Shown piece by piece: positions 10,907 through 19,785 of a stretch of DNA of 64,000 nt; position 1 is the first letter of the stretch, and every line of letters starts with the position of its first letter. The DNA lies in the NCBI GenBank assembly GCA_937864175.1, contig CALMJH010000056.1, forward strand, positions 20,880 to 84,879, given 5' to 3'. The stretch comes from an uncultured Burkholderiales bacterium. Its GTDB lineage: Bacteria > Pseudomonadota > Gammaproteobacteria > Burkholderiales > Burkholderiaceae_A. The notes below the pieces were generated by a model that saw only the letters and a program-made list of their open reading frames with translations, made no database searches and was not told the origin of the DNA. The position numbers were made by a program, and so were the translations under genes.

Positions 10907-13009
10907 ATGACAAGCAAAAGACAGTCGGTGACATTTGTCACTCAGGCCCAGGCCAGCGACAGCCGTTACATGAACCGCGAGCTCAGCCTGCTGGCCTTTA
11001 ACGAGCGGGTGCTGGCCATGTCCGAGCGTCCAGACGTGCCCGTGCTGGAGCGGCTCCGTTACCTCTGCATTGTCTCCAACAACCTAGACGAAATCTTTGA
11101 AATCCGCGTCAGTGGCTTGAAGGCCAAGATTCGCCAGGGGGCAGGCCAGCTTCTAGAAGGCGATGGCTACAGCCCCATGGCCAGTTACCAGGCCGTAAGT
11201 GAACGGGCCCATCGCCTGGTGGACCACCAATACCACCTGCTCAACGACCAGATTCTGCCGGCCTTGGCTCAGGCCGGCATTCGAGTCCACCTGGCGGTCA
11301 GCTTTAACGAAGTCCAGCGTCAATGGGCTCGGCGCTACTTCACCAAAGAGGTCCTGCCGGTTCTGACCCCCATTGGGCTTGACCCCTCCCACCCCTTCCC
11401 CCGCACCCTCAACAAGAGCCTGAACTTCATCGTCGAGCTCGATGGGCAGGATGCCTTTGGTCGGCGTGCAAAAGTCGCGGTCGTCCAAGCCCCTCGCATT
11501 CTTCCAAGACTCATTGCAGTGCCCAGCGAGGTCTCTGGCCATCCCCACGGCTTCATGATGCTGTCCTCGGTGGTCCAGGACAACGTCCATGAGCTCTTTC
11601 CCGGCATGAAAGTCTTGGGTGTGCATCAGTTCCGCGTCACCCGAAACAGCGACCTCTTTGTGGACGATGAGGAGATTACCGACCTGCGCGAGACGCTGCG
11701 AGGCGAACTCTCGCAACGCCAATTTGGCGATGCGGTCCGGCTAGAGGTCTCCGAGGCCACGCCCGATCACCTCCTGAATCTGCTCAAACGCGAGTACCAG
11801 TTGGAAGACTTGGACTGTTATCGGGTGCATGGGCCGGTCAACCTCGTTCGGCTGATGAGCCTTCCAGACCTGATCAACCGGCCCGACCTTAAATTCCCAA
11901 GCTTTATTCCCAGCTATCCAGATCGGCTGGCCCGTGGTGAGATCTTTGCCGAGATTACCAAGTCTGACGTCTTGCTCCACCACCCCTACGAGAACTTCTC
12001 TGCAGTGACCGACTTCTTGGCGGCAGCGGCCAAGGACCCAGCCGTGGTGGCCATCAAGATGACCATCTACCGAACGGGCCAGACCTCTGAGCTGATGGAG
12101 TCGCTCATTCTGGCGGCCAAGTCTGGCAAGTCAGTCACAGCTGTTGTGGAGCTGATGGCCCGCTTCGACGAAGAGACCAACATCAACTGGGCCTCCAAGC
12201 TCGAGCAGGTCGGTGCCCATGTGATCTTCGGCGTGGTGGGTAACAAGACGCATGCAAAGGCCTGCCTGGTTGTACGCCGCGAGAAATCAGGCCTGCGACG
12301 CTATGTCCACCTGGGTACGGGCAACTACCATCCCCGAACCGCCCGTCTCTACGAGGACTTCGGTCTGCTGACAGCCGACCCCCAGCTCTGTGCGGACGTC
12401 AACGAGATCTTTCATCAGCTCACCGGCCTGGGGGAGAACCGTCCGACCCGTCGCATCTGGCACTCACCCTTCACCCTCCACTCCAACGTGATGAAGGCCA
12501 TTCGTCGCGAGACACGCCTGGCCAAGGCAGGCCAGAGGGGCCACATCATGGCCAAGATGAACTCGCTGGTGGAGCTCGACGTTATTGAGGCGCTCTACGC
12601 CGCCAGCCAGGCCGGGGTCAAGGTGGACCTCATTGTGCGTGGCATCTGCATTCTGCGACCTGGCGTGAAGGGGCTCTCCGACAACATTCGAGTGCGGTCC
12701 ACCATTGGTCGGTTTCTGGAGCACAGCCGCATCTTTTATTTTCGAAATGGCGGCGACGACATGGTCTATCTCTCGAGTGCCGACTGGATGGACCGCAATT
12801 TCTTTAGACGCGTCGAACTTGCCTTCCCCATCCTGAACCCCCGCCTCAAAAAGCGGGTGATTCAAGAAGGCCTTCGAATGCACCTGACCGACACCGACAG
12901 CAGCTGGACCATGCTGGCCGACGGCAGTTATCGCCTTCGCCGCACCGGCCAGGGACGATCCGTCCAGGACCAGCTCTTGCAGCTAACGGCCTCTGGGTCC
13001 CAGGACTAA
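10907..13009 (+). CDS. ppk1: Polyphosphate kinase 1
   Basis: NRELSLLAFNERV, LDPSHPFP, LLHHPYE, IKMTIYRT, ARFDEETNI, KTHAK, HLGTGNYH, GRFLEHSR, SSADWMDRN; start placed at ATG 10907. Confidence 0.97.
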   Translation: MTSKRQSVTFVTQAQASDSRYMNRELSLLAFNERVLAMSERPDVPVLERLRYLCIVSNNLDEIFEIRVSGLKAKIRQGAGQLLEGDGYSPMASYQAVSERAHRLVDHQYHLLNDQILPALAQAGIRVHLAVSFNEVQRQWARRYFTKEVLPVLTPIGLDPSHPFPRTLNKSLNFIVELDGQDAFGRRAKVAVVQAPRILPRLIAVPSEVSGHPHGFMMLSSVVQDNVHELFPGMKVLGVHQFRVTRNSDLFVDDEEITDLRETLRGELSQRQFGDAVRLEVSEATPDHLLNLLKREYQLEDLDCYRVHGPVNLVRLMSLPDLINRPDLKFPSFIPSYPDRLARGEIFAEITKSDVLLHHPYENFSAVTDFLAAAAKDPAVVAIKMTIYRTGQTSELMESLILAAKSGKSVTAVVELMARFDEETNINWASKLEQVGAHVIFGVVGNKTHAKACLVVRREKSGLRRYVHLGTGNYHPRTARLYEDFGLLTADPQLCADVNEIFHQLTGLGENRPTRRIWHSPFTLHSNVMKAIRRETRLAKAGQRGHIMAKMNSLVELDVIEALYAASQAGVKVDLIVRGICILRPGVKGLSDNIRVRSTIGRFLEHSRIFYFRNGGDDMVYLSSADWMDRNFFRRVELAFPILNPRLKKRVIQEGLRMHLTDTDSSWTMLADGSYRLRRTGQGRSVQDQLLQLTASGSQD

Positions 13010-14626
13010 AACCGGTAGCAGGCCGACCAGGGCGATCGCGATCGACGGCCAGGCGGCATCGGCCAGACGCTCGTCGGCGGCGAACTGATGGGCGGCAACC
13101 GCCAGGGTCTCGACGTTAAAGGGCCGAAGCACCAGCGTCACAGGCAGCTCTTTCACCACATCGACAAAGACCAGCAGCCCCCCCACCAGGACCCCGCGCC
13201 GAAGCATCGGCAGGTGGACACGGCGCAAGACAGCGGCCTGCGAGAGTCCAAGACTGCGGGCCGACCAATCCAGGCTGGGTGTGATGCGAGCCATCGCAGT
13301 CTCGACGCTAGAAAAACCCACGGTAAAAAACCTTGTCAGGTAGCCACCCAGCACCAGAAGGCTGGTGACGGTCAGGGTGACTCGCCAGTCCAGCCACAGC
13401 ACCATGAAATGGGTGAAGACCGCCGAACAAGCGAGCAGACCAACGGCCACCACCAGTCCAGGCACCGCATACCCCGAGCAGGCCAGTCGAGTCGCCTTGG
13501 CGAGCCATGAACGGTCGTCCGCCCGTTGGGCATAGGCCAACAGAATCGCAACGGGCAAAATGAGGGCGACTGCATACAAGCCATAGAGGGCCGTCTGCAG
13601 ACCCTGGGCTACCAGCGTCTGCACCTCCAGTGCGACTCTCTGCGACAAGGCTGCTCTTAGCAAGAGTCCCAGAGGCAGCAGAAAACCCAAAAGGCCGCCC
13701 AGGCTGCAGACCACCGGCACCCAGACTCGAGCAGCGCCCCTCAGACGCTGGCGTCCCACCACCGGCCTGGCCCGGGTGGCATAGCTGGCCTTGCCGCGTG
13801 TCGAACGCTCCCAGGCCAAGAGACCAAAGGCCATGAGCAGCATGAGCAGTCCTATCAGGGCTGCTGCATTTCGATCGCCGTAGCTAAACCACGTCTTGAA
13901 TAATCCGGTCGACAGGGTCTGGACCGAGAAAAAGGCCACCGTGCCATAGTCGGCCAGGCATTCCATAACCACCAGAGCACCTCCGGCGACCAAGGCGGGC
14001 CTGGCCAGCGGCAGGATGACGCGATAGAAGGTCTGGCGACTGCTGAGTCCCGACAGCCGCGCAGCCTCTGCAAGGTTGGCCTGTCGCTCGTCAAAGGCCA
14101 CCCGCGCCAGCAAGGCCACATAGGGGCTTAAGGCCACACCCAGAATCAGAGCCGCACCCCAAAGCGACCGAATCTCAAACCATGGGTAGGCCCCAAGTCG
14201 GGGAGCCAGTAGGTCCCAGTCCATCATCCACTGCCGCAGCCCCACTGAGATCCAACCGCTGTAATCCAGGGCATCGGTGTAGGCATAGGCCACCACGTAG
14301 GCCGGCATGGCCATGGGCAGCACCATAGACCACTCCAGGACTCGGCCCAGGGGCATCTGGTACTGGGACAAAAACCAGGCATTGGAGACCCCCAGCGTCA
14401 GCGAGACCACCAGAGCCCCACAACACAAGAGCAGGCTATTGAGAACATAGCCAGGCAAGACGGTCTGGACCAGGCTGCTCAGTGCAGTCAAGTCCGCAAA
14501 GGTCGCCAGTCCAAAGCCTGCGGTTGCCAGCAGTGGCAGTGCAATCGCCAGCACGAAAAGCCCCGAGAGGCCTTGCATCCAAAGGGGCAGGAGTTGTGTG
14601 GTGCGGATGACGATCGAGGCGGTCAT
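12983..14626 (-). CDS. Fe(III) ABC transporter permease (FbpB/SfuB type)
   Basis: Multiple TM segments, LPMAMPAYVVAYAY, two EAA-like loops (EAARLSG, WSARSLG), ADYGTV, VKELPVTLVLRPFNVETLA. Confidence 0.85.
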   Translation of the reverse strand: MTASIVIRTTQLLPLWMQGLSGLFVLAIALPLLATAGFGLATFADLTALSSLVQTVLPGYVLNSLLLCCGALVVSLTLGVSNAWFLSQYQMPLGRVLEWSMVLPMAMPAYVVAYAYTDALDYSGWISVGLRQWMMDWDLLAPRLGAYPWFEIRSLWGAALILGVALSPYVALLARVAFDERQANLAEAARLSGLSSRQTFYRVILPLARPALVAGGALVVMECLADYGTVAFFSVQTLSTGLFKTWFSYGDRNAAALIGLLMLLMAFGLLAWERSTRGKASYATRARPVVGRQRLRGAARVWVPVVCSLGGLLGFLLPLGLLLRAALSQRVALEVQTLVAQGLQTALYGLYAVALILPVAILLAYAQRADDRSWLAKATRLACSGYAVPGLVVAVGLLACSAVFTHFMVLWLDWRVTLTVTSLLVLGGYLTRFFTVGFSSVETAMARITPSLDWSARSLGLSQAAVLRRVHLPMLRRGVLVGGLLVFVDVVKELPVTLVLRPFNVETLAVAAHQFAADERLADAAWPSIAIALVGLLPVLVLGPRGR

Positions 14627-14648
14627 GAATAAGAACTATACTCAGTTC
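14627..14648. promoter_or_regulatory. Overlapping bidirectional -10 element between permease and ATPase genes
   Basis: ACTATACT core: TATAGT on minus (14635-14640, 8 nt to ATG 14626) and TATACT on plus (14637-14642, 6 nt to ATG 14649), inside a GAACT-N6-AGTTC inverted repeat. Confidence 0.55.
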
Positions 14649-15779
14649 ATGGCTCAGACCCTGCAAATCGACACCCTGAATGTCCACTATGCCGATGGGC
14701 CCTCCGCCGGCCCAGGCAGCCATGCTGTGCGCCACCTCAGCCTTGACTTGGCCGCAGGTGACATTGCCTGTCTGTTAGGACCCTCGGGCTGTGGAAAGAG
14801 CAGTCTGCTTCGAGCCATCGCAGGGTTCGTAGTGCCGAGCACCGGGCGGGTTTTGCTCAATCAGCGTGTCCTGAGCGATGCCAACCAGTTCTTGCCCCCA
14901 GAGTCTCGTGGCATTGGCATGGTCTTTCAGGACTACGCCTTGTTTCCGCACCTCACCGTCTACGAGAACGTCTTGTTTGGCCTGTCTGCAGGCAAGCCGA
15001 AACAGGCCGGCTCGGAGCAGCGATGCAGGGCCGAGGCCTTGCTGGCCCTGGTGGGCCTTGAGGCCTATCAGCAACGCTACCCCCAGGAGCTCTCGGGCGG
15101 CCAGGCCCAGCGGGTCGCCCTGGCCCGTGCCCTGGCGCCCTCTCCCGGTCTGATTTTGCTAGATGAACCCTTTTCCAACCTGGACCACAGCCTGCGTGTA
15201 AGGCTCGCCCGAGAGGTTCGCGAGATTTTGAAAAAGGCGGGCACCACGGCCATTGTCGTGACCCACGACCAGACCGAGGCCTTTGCCATGGCCGACCAGC
15301 TGGGGGTGATGTTCGATGGGCGGCTGGTTCAGTGGGACAAGCCCTATGTGGTCTACCACGAGCCCAGCGATGCGCAGGTGGCCAAGTTCATTGGGGATGG
15401 CGCCTTTGTCAGCGGTATCCAGCGCTTTCACAGCGTGGATACTCCCTTGGGCACCCTGGCTCTGGCCCCCTGCTGTTGCAACGAGAGCACACCCGAAAAG
15501 GCGGTCAATGTCCTGCTGCGCCCCGATGATGTGGTCCACGACGACCACAGTCCGCTGCAGGCCAAAGTGGTCGCCAAGACTTTTCGTGGGGCCGACTTTC
15601 TCTACACCCTTGAGCTCAGCAACGGCGAGCGCGTTCTCTCGCTCGTGCCAAGCCACCACGACCATCCCCTGGACCAGCCCATCGGAATCAGGCTTGAGGC
15701 AGACCACGTGGTGACCTTTGCGGCCACCGAGAAGCCCTCTGCCTTCGAAGGTGAAGCGCCGCGCGACCGGGCTGCATGA
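14649..15779 (+). CDS. ABC transporter ATP-binding protein (FbpC type)
   Basis: GPSGCGKS Walker A, VFQDYALFPHL, ELSGGQAQRVALARAL, LLDEPFSNLD, VTHDQ, TOBE-like C-terminus. Confidence 0.9.
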   Translation: MAQTLQIDTLNVHYADGPSAGPGSHAVRHLSLDLAAGDIACLLGPSGCGKSSLLRAIAGFVVPSTGRVLLNQRVLSDANQFLPPESRGIGMVFQDYALFPHLTVYENVLFGLSAGKPKQAGSEQRCRAEALLALVGLEAYQQRYPQELSGGQAQRVALARALAPSPGLILLDEPFSNLDHSLRVRLAREVREILKKAGTTAIVVTHDQTEAFAMADQLGVMFDGRLVQWDKPYVVYHEPSDAQVAKFIGDGAFVSGIQRFHSVDTPLGTLALAPCCCNESTPEKAVNVLLRPDDVVHDDHSPLQAKVVAKTFRGADFLYTLELSNGERVLSLVPSHHDHPLDQPIGIRLEADHVVTFAATEKPSAFEGEAPRDRAA

Positions 15780-16615
15780 CCATACGCCGCGAGGAATTCG
15801 AGCTCACGGTCACCACAGAGGACCCACCGCGCCGACTTATGGGCCAGGACTCTGGCAATGCGCTGTCGGCCGATGTGCTTATTTGCCTGCCGGGCCTCTT
15901 GGAGACTCAGAAGTCTTTTGACCCTATGGTAATGGCCTTGGGAGAGCGTTTTCGCATCATCACCGTCGACTTTGCCGGCCGCGGTCGCAGCAGCCCAATG
16001 GCCGACCGACAGCACTACAAAATGAGTGCCTACCTGGCCGATTTAGGCCTGCTCATGGCCCATGTCCAGGGCCGTCTGGCAATTAGTCAGCCGCATCGGC
16101 TGCATCTGGTGGGCACCAGTATGGGGGGCTTGTTGGCCATGTTCTTGGCCCGAATCAGGCCCGACTGGTTTCAGAGCCTGGTGCTCAATGATGTCTCGTG
16201 TCTGCTGCCGTGGACCGGCATCATGGGGCTCATGAGCGGGCTAGGCTCGGCCACCAAGGGCGTTAATTTTTTTGATGGCGTAAAGGACCTCGCCTCTACT
16301 CTAGAGGTGGATCCGGCCCTGATTCGTGCCGTGCAGAAACCCGGTCATCTGGACCTGCCGCACCAGACCACTGTCTTTGGGGTGGACTTTACGGAGGTCT
16401 TTCAGGCGCTGCCCCAGCCCATCTTGCTGCTCAAGGCTGGCCGCAGCGGGATTATCGACGACCAGGCCTACGAACGAATGCGCCAGTGCCACCAGAACCT
16501 TCAAGTCTTCGAGCAGCCCGAGGCTGAGCACCCAGTGCCCTACTCAGCCGAGGTCTGTGCGCGCATTAGCCAATTTTTGCGAGGGCCTGCTCCAAGTCAG
16601 CCATCAAGTCTTTGA
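15776..16615 (+). CDS. Alpha/beta hydrolase
   Basis: CLPGL, VDFAGRGRS, VGTSMGG nucleophile elbow, C-terminal AEHP; ATGA overlap with the upstream ATPase. Confidence 0.8.
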   Translation: MTIRREEFELTVTTEDPPRRLMGQDSGNALSADVLICLPGLLETQKSFDPMVMALGERFRIITVDFAGRGRSSPMADRQHYKMSAYLADLGLLMAHVQGRLAISQPHRLHLVGTSMGGLLAMFLARIRPDWFQSLVLNDVSCLLPWTGIMGLMSGLGSATKGVNFFDGVKDLASTLEVDPALIRAVQKPGHLDLPHQTTVFGVDFTEVFQALPQPILLLKAGRSGIIDDQAYERMRQCHQNLQVFEQPEAEHPVPYSAEVCARISQFLRGPAPSQPSSL

Positions 16616-17861
16616 TGTGCTCGATGCCAATCGAGAGGCGCACCATGTCTTCGCTGACTCCTGCCGAGGCCAGTTCGTCTGGCGAGAGCTGACGGTGTGT
16701 CGTGCTGGCAGGATGGCAGGCCAGTGACTTGCAGTCCCCAATGTTGACCAGACGGGTAAAGAGTTGCAGGGCGTCTTGGAATTTGGTGCCCGCCTCGCGT
16801 CCTCCCTTGAGACCGAAGTTCAGAATGCCACTGGCTCGGCCGCCCATGTACTTCTGGACCAGGCCATGGTCTGGATGGTCGGGCAGGCCTGCATAGTTCA
16901 CCCAATTCACCTTGGGATGCCGCTTCAGATAGGTGGCAATCGCTAGGCTGTTTTCACAGGTGCGGTCCATGCGCAGTGGCAGGGTCTCGAGACCCTGAAG
17001 AATCTGAAAGGCATTGAACGGACTGACAGCGGCGCCCATGTTTCGCAGCGGAACCACGCGGGCCCGGCCGATGAAGGCGGCTGGCCCAAAGGCCTGGGTG
17101 TAGACAACGCCGTGGTAGCTCACATCGGGCTGGTTGAGGCGTTTAAAACGGTCGGCATGATTGGCCCATGGGAAGGTGCCTCCGTCAACAATCACTCCCG
17201 CGACGGTGGTGCCATGCCCACCCATGTATTTCGTTGCGCTGTGTAAAACAATGTCGGCTCCATGCTCAATGGGGCGACAGAGATAGGGGCTTGGTACGGT
17301 GTTGTCAACGATGAGCGGCACGCCGTGGGCATGCGCGATCTCGGCTAGCCGGCCAATGTCTGTGATGTTGCCCAAGGGGTTGCCGATGGTCTCGCAGTAA
17401 ATCGCCTTCGTCCTTGCATCGATGAGTTTGGCAAAGTCATCCGGCTTTCGGTAGTCCGCAAACCGAACCTGTATTCCAAACTGCGGCAGCGTGTGGGCAA
17501 AGAGGTTGTAGGTGCCGCCATAGAGGGTGGAGGCCGAGACAATGTTGTCCCCCGCCTCGGCGATGGTCTGGATGGTGTAGGTGATGGCAGCCTGACCCGA
17601 GGCAACCGCTAGGGCCGCCACGCCTCCCTCCAGGGCTGCGACTCGCTTTTCAAGCATGTCCTGGGTGGGGTTCATGATGCGGGTGTAGATGTTGCCCGCG
17701 ACCTTCAGGTCAAAGAGGTCTGCCCCATGCTGGGTGTTGTCAAACGAGTAGGCCACCGTCTGGTAGATGGGGGGCGCCACGGCTCGGGTGGTTGGGTCGC
17801 CCTCGTAGCCGGCGTGCACCGCCTTGGTCTCGAATTGCCAGCTGGGATTGTTTTGGGCCAT
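16566..17861 (-). CDS. metY: O-acetylhomoserine aminocarboxypropyltransferase (sulfhydrylase)
   Basis: PIYQTVAY, IYTRIMNPT, ASGQAA, LYGGTYNL, HSATKYMGGHG (PLP Lys), NIGDCKSL, HPASTTHRQL, RLSIGIE. Confidence 0.92.
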   Translation of the reverse strand: MAQNNPSWQFETKAVHAGYEGDPTTRAVAPPIYQTVAYSFDNTQHGADLFDLKVAGNIYTRIMNPTQDMLEKRVAALEGGVAALAVASGQAAITYTIQTIAEAGDNIVSASTLYGGTYNLFAHTLPQFGIQVRFADYRKPDDFAKLIDARTKAIYCETIGNPLGNITDIGRLAEIAHAHGVPLIVDNTVPSPYLCRPIEHGADIVLHSATKYMGGHGTTVAGVIVDGGTFPWANHADRFKRLNQPDVSYHGVVYTQAFGPAAFIGRARVVPLRNMGAAVSPFNAFQILQGLETLPLRMDRTCENSLAIATYLKRHPKVNWVNYAGLPDHPDHGLVQKYMGGRASGILNFGLKGGREAGTKFQDALQLFTRLVNIGDCKSLACHPASTTHRQLSPDELASAGVSEDMVRLSIGIEHIKDLMADLEQALAKIG

Positions 17862-17899
17862 GCTCGTCTCCGAAGGGTTTCTTGTAGGACAATCTTCGC

Positions 17900-18061
17900 A
17901 TGAGCGACTCGTTTATGCCGGTGATCCTGATCGAGGGCCTTCTGGGCCTTGGCGTGGTGCTCTGGCTCTATGTCTCGCACCAACGCGAGATGGCCAAGAT
18001 TCGCCGCGAGCGGGCCCTCAAGGCTTCAGAAGGCTCAAAAGCTGATCCTCCAGAGGCCTAA
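17900..18061 (+). CDS. Small single-pass membrane protein, 53 aa (not in ORF track)
   Basis: MSDSFMPVILIEGLLGLGVVLWLYVSHQREMAKIRRERALKASEGSKADPPEA*; one hydrophobic helix then a basic tail; fills the metY-rmuC gap. Confidence 0.6.
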   Translation: MSDSFMPVILIEGLLGLGVVLWLYVSHQREMAKIRRERALKASEGSKADPPEA

Positions 18062-18083
18062 TGTCCCCCGCTAAACTCTGGGC

Positions 18084-19349
18084 ATGATGAATCTACCGGT
18101 CTCCTTAGTCCTGCTGGCCGTGCTGGCTGTAGGGCTCCCCGTTCTGCTGCTCACGCTGCTCATCTGGCGCCGCCAGACAGCAGGCCAGGCCACCGACACA
18201 CTCGACCGCATTGCGCTGGCCGTCGACCAGACTCAGCAGCGACTCGACTCCCTGGGCAAAGAGCTGGTCGCTATTCGGGCGGTCACCGACAACCAGACCA
18301 AGACCCAGGAGCTGCGGTTCCAATCACTGACTCAACAAATCCAAGACAGCCTCGAGACCAGTCGAAGGACGATTAACGAGCGGCTTGGCGAGATTCAGCA
18401 AGACAACGCTAAAAAGCTCGAAGACATGCGAAAGACCGTTGACGAGAAGCTCCAGTCAACTCTGGAAGAACGCCTGGGCGCCTCTTTCAAAATCGTCAGT
18501 GAGCGGCTGGAGCAGGTTCACCGGGGCCTGGGTGAAATGCAGAGCCTGGCCTCTGGCGTTGGTGACCTTAAAAGGGTCCTCACCAACGTCAAGACCCGCG
18601 GCACCTGGGGCGAAATCCAGCTCGAGGCCATGATTGAGCAGGTTCTCACGCCCAGTCAGTACGATAAGAACACGGCCACCCGCCCCGGTAGCAGCGAGCG
18701 GGTTGAATTTGCCATTCGTTTTCCGGGCCGCTCCCAGGACCAACCCGTCTGGCTGCCCATTGACGCCAAGTTCCCCATGGAGGATTACCAGCGTCTGGTC
18801 GAGGCCCAAGACCAGGCCGATCTGGGCACCATTGAGCAGGCCGCCAAGGCCCTCGAGTCGCGTATTCGGCTAGAGGCCAAGACCATCGCTGAGAAGTACC
18901 TTGAGCCCCCTCACACCACCGACTTTGCAGTCCTCTACCTGCCCACCGAGGGCCTCTACGCCGAAGTCATTCGACGACCGGGCTTGGCCGATAGCCTCCA
19001 AAGAGACCACCGCGTCACCCTGGCCGGCCCAACCAATCTCCTGGCCCTGCTCAACAGCCTCCAGATGGGCTTTCGCACACTGGCCATCGAGCAGCGGTCC
19101 TCCGAGGTCTGGCAGGTACTGGGTCAAGTCAAGACTGAATTTGCCAAGTTTGGGGCCGTTATCGAGGCCACCGAGAAAAAGCTCCAAGAAGCGAGCAACA
19201 AGTTCAGCGAGGTGGGTCGTCGCAAGCGGGCCATCGACCGTAGCCTCAAAGAGGTTGAGGCCTTGCCGGTTGCATCCGACCTGCTGGCCGACCTGGGCCC
19301 AGATCGGGCTGGCCTCTTAGACGCCACCGACGACGAGGCAGCAGAATAA
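18084..19349 (+). CDS. rmuC: DNA recombination protein RmuC
   Basis: KTRGTWGEIQL, PIDAKFP, PPHTTDFAVLYLPTEGLYAE, GPTNLLALLNSLQMGF; N-terminal TM and coiled coil. Confidence 0.95.
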   Translation: MMNLPVSLVLLAVLAVGLPVLLLTLLIWRRQTAGQATDTLDRIALAVDQTQQRLDSLGKELVAIRAVTDNQTKTQELRFQSLTQQIQDSLETSRRTINERLGEIQQDNAKKLEDMRKTVDEKLQSTLEERLGASFKIVSERLEQVHRGLGEMQSLASGVGDLKRVLTNVKTRGTWGEIQLEAMIEQVLTPSQYDKNTATRPGSSERVEFAIRFPGRSQDQPVWLPIDAKFPMEDYQRLVEAQDQADLGTIEQAAKALESRIRLEAKTIAEKYLEPPHTTDFAVLYLPTEGLYAEVIRRPGLADSLQRDHRVTLAGPTNLLALLNSLQMGFRTLAIEQRSSEVWQVLGQVKTEFAKFGAVIEATEKKLQEASNKFSEVGRRKRAIDRSLKEVEALPVASDLLADLGPDRAGLLDATDDEAAE

Positions 19350-19378
19350 AAAAAAGCCCCGGAACCAGTCCGGGGCTC
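19348..19378 (-). terminator. Intrinsic terminator on the minus strand
   Basis: AGCCCCGGA-CTGGT-TCCGGGGCT 9-bp stem followed by about 8 T on minus; no U-tract on plus. Confidence 0.85.
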
Positions 19379-19437
19379 TGAACCATTCCAACCGATCGAG
19401 GAGGAGATCGTGTTTGGTTTGGAAGGAGGAGACAACA
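19348..19437 (-). ncRNA. Anti-SD (CUCCUCC) small RNA resembling the Betaproteobacteria toxic sRNA family
   Basis: UUGUCUCCUCC-UUCCAA...CGAUC[UCCUCCUC]GAUCG...UUGGAA then GC stem and U8; no minus-strand CDS feeds this terminator. 5' end uncertain. Confidence 0.7.
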
Positions 19438-19635
19438 TGCTGACCGAAGCTCGATCAACCCGTGTATTGGACGCGCTGCAACAAGCCCCTTGGCAGTGAG
19501 ACTTTGTCCAAGCCTTTCAAATTTTTTGAACTTACGTCTTTTCCCCGAAAAATCATTGTCTTGCAAAAACTTTTTAAAAAAGAGTTCGCTTTTTAGGCCC
19601 AGGTAAGATAGAGTGCGATTGGTCCCTCCACTTCT

Positions 19636-19709
19636 GCGGGCGTCGTTCAATGGCAGGACCTGAGCTTCCCAAGCTCAAGACGTGGGTTCGATTCCCATCG
19701 CCCGCTCCA
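19636..19709 (+). tRNA. tRNA-Gly (CCC)
   Basis: GCGGGCGTCGTTCAATGGCAGGACCTGAGCTTCCCAAGCTCAAGACGTGGGTTCGATTCCCATCGCCCGCTCCA; 74 nt. Confidence 0.95.
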
Positions 19710-19785
19710 AAACTTGTTGTTAAACCCTGCTGCCCCATGCGCTGATTGATTTCCTTGTTTTAGGGCGGCTCACTGAAAGCCACCG

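Noticed and set aside
17862-17899. SAM riboswitch upstream of metY
   Set aside because: Only 38 bp separate metY from the divergent small ORF, and no SAM-I/II structure is visible.
19437-19499. 20-aa plus-strand ORF MLTEARSTRVLDALQQAPWQ with a perfect GGAGGAG SD, possibly a type I toxin opposite the sRNA
   Set aside because: The SD is just the complement of the sRNA anti-SD motif, the peptide is not hydrophobic like type I toxins, and no plus-strand promoter is evident. Ribosome profiling could revive it.
19246-19650. 134-aa minus-strand ORF spanning the rmuC end, the sRNA and the tRNA-Gly start
   Set aside because: It crosses a strong terminator and an AT-rich promoter region, overlaps two real genes, and has no protein-like features.
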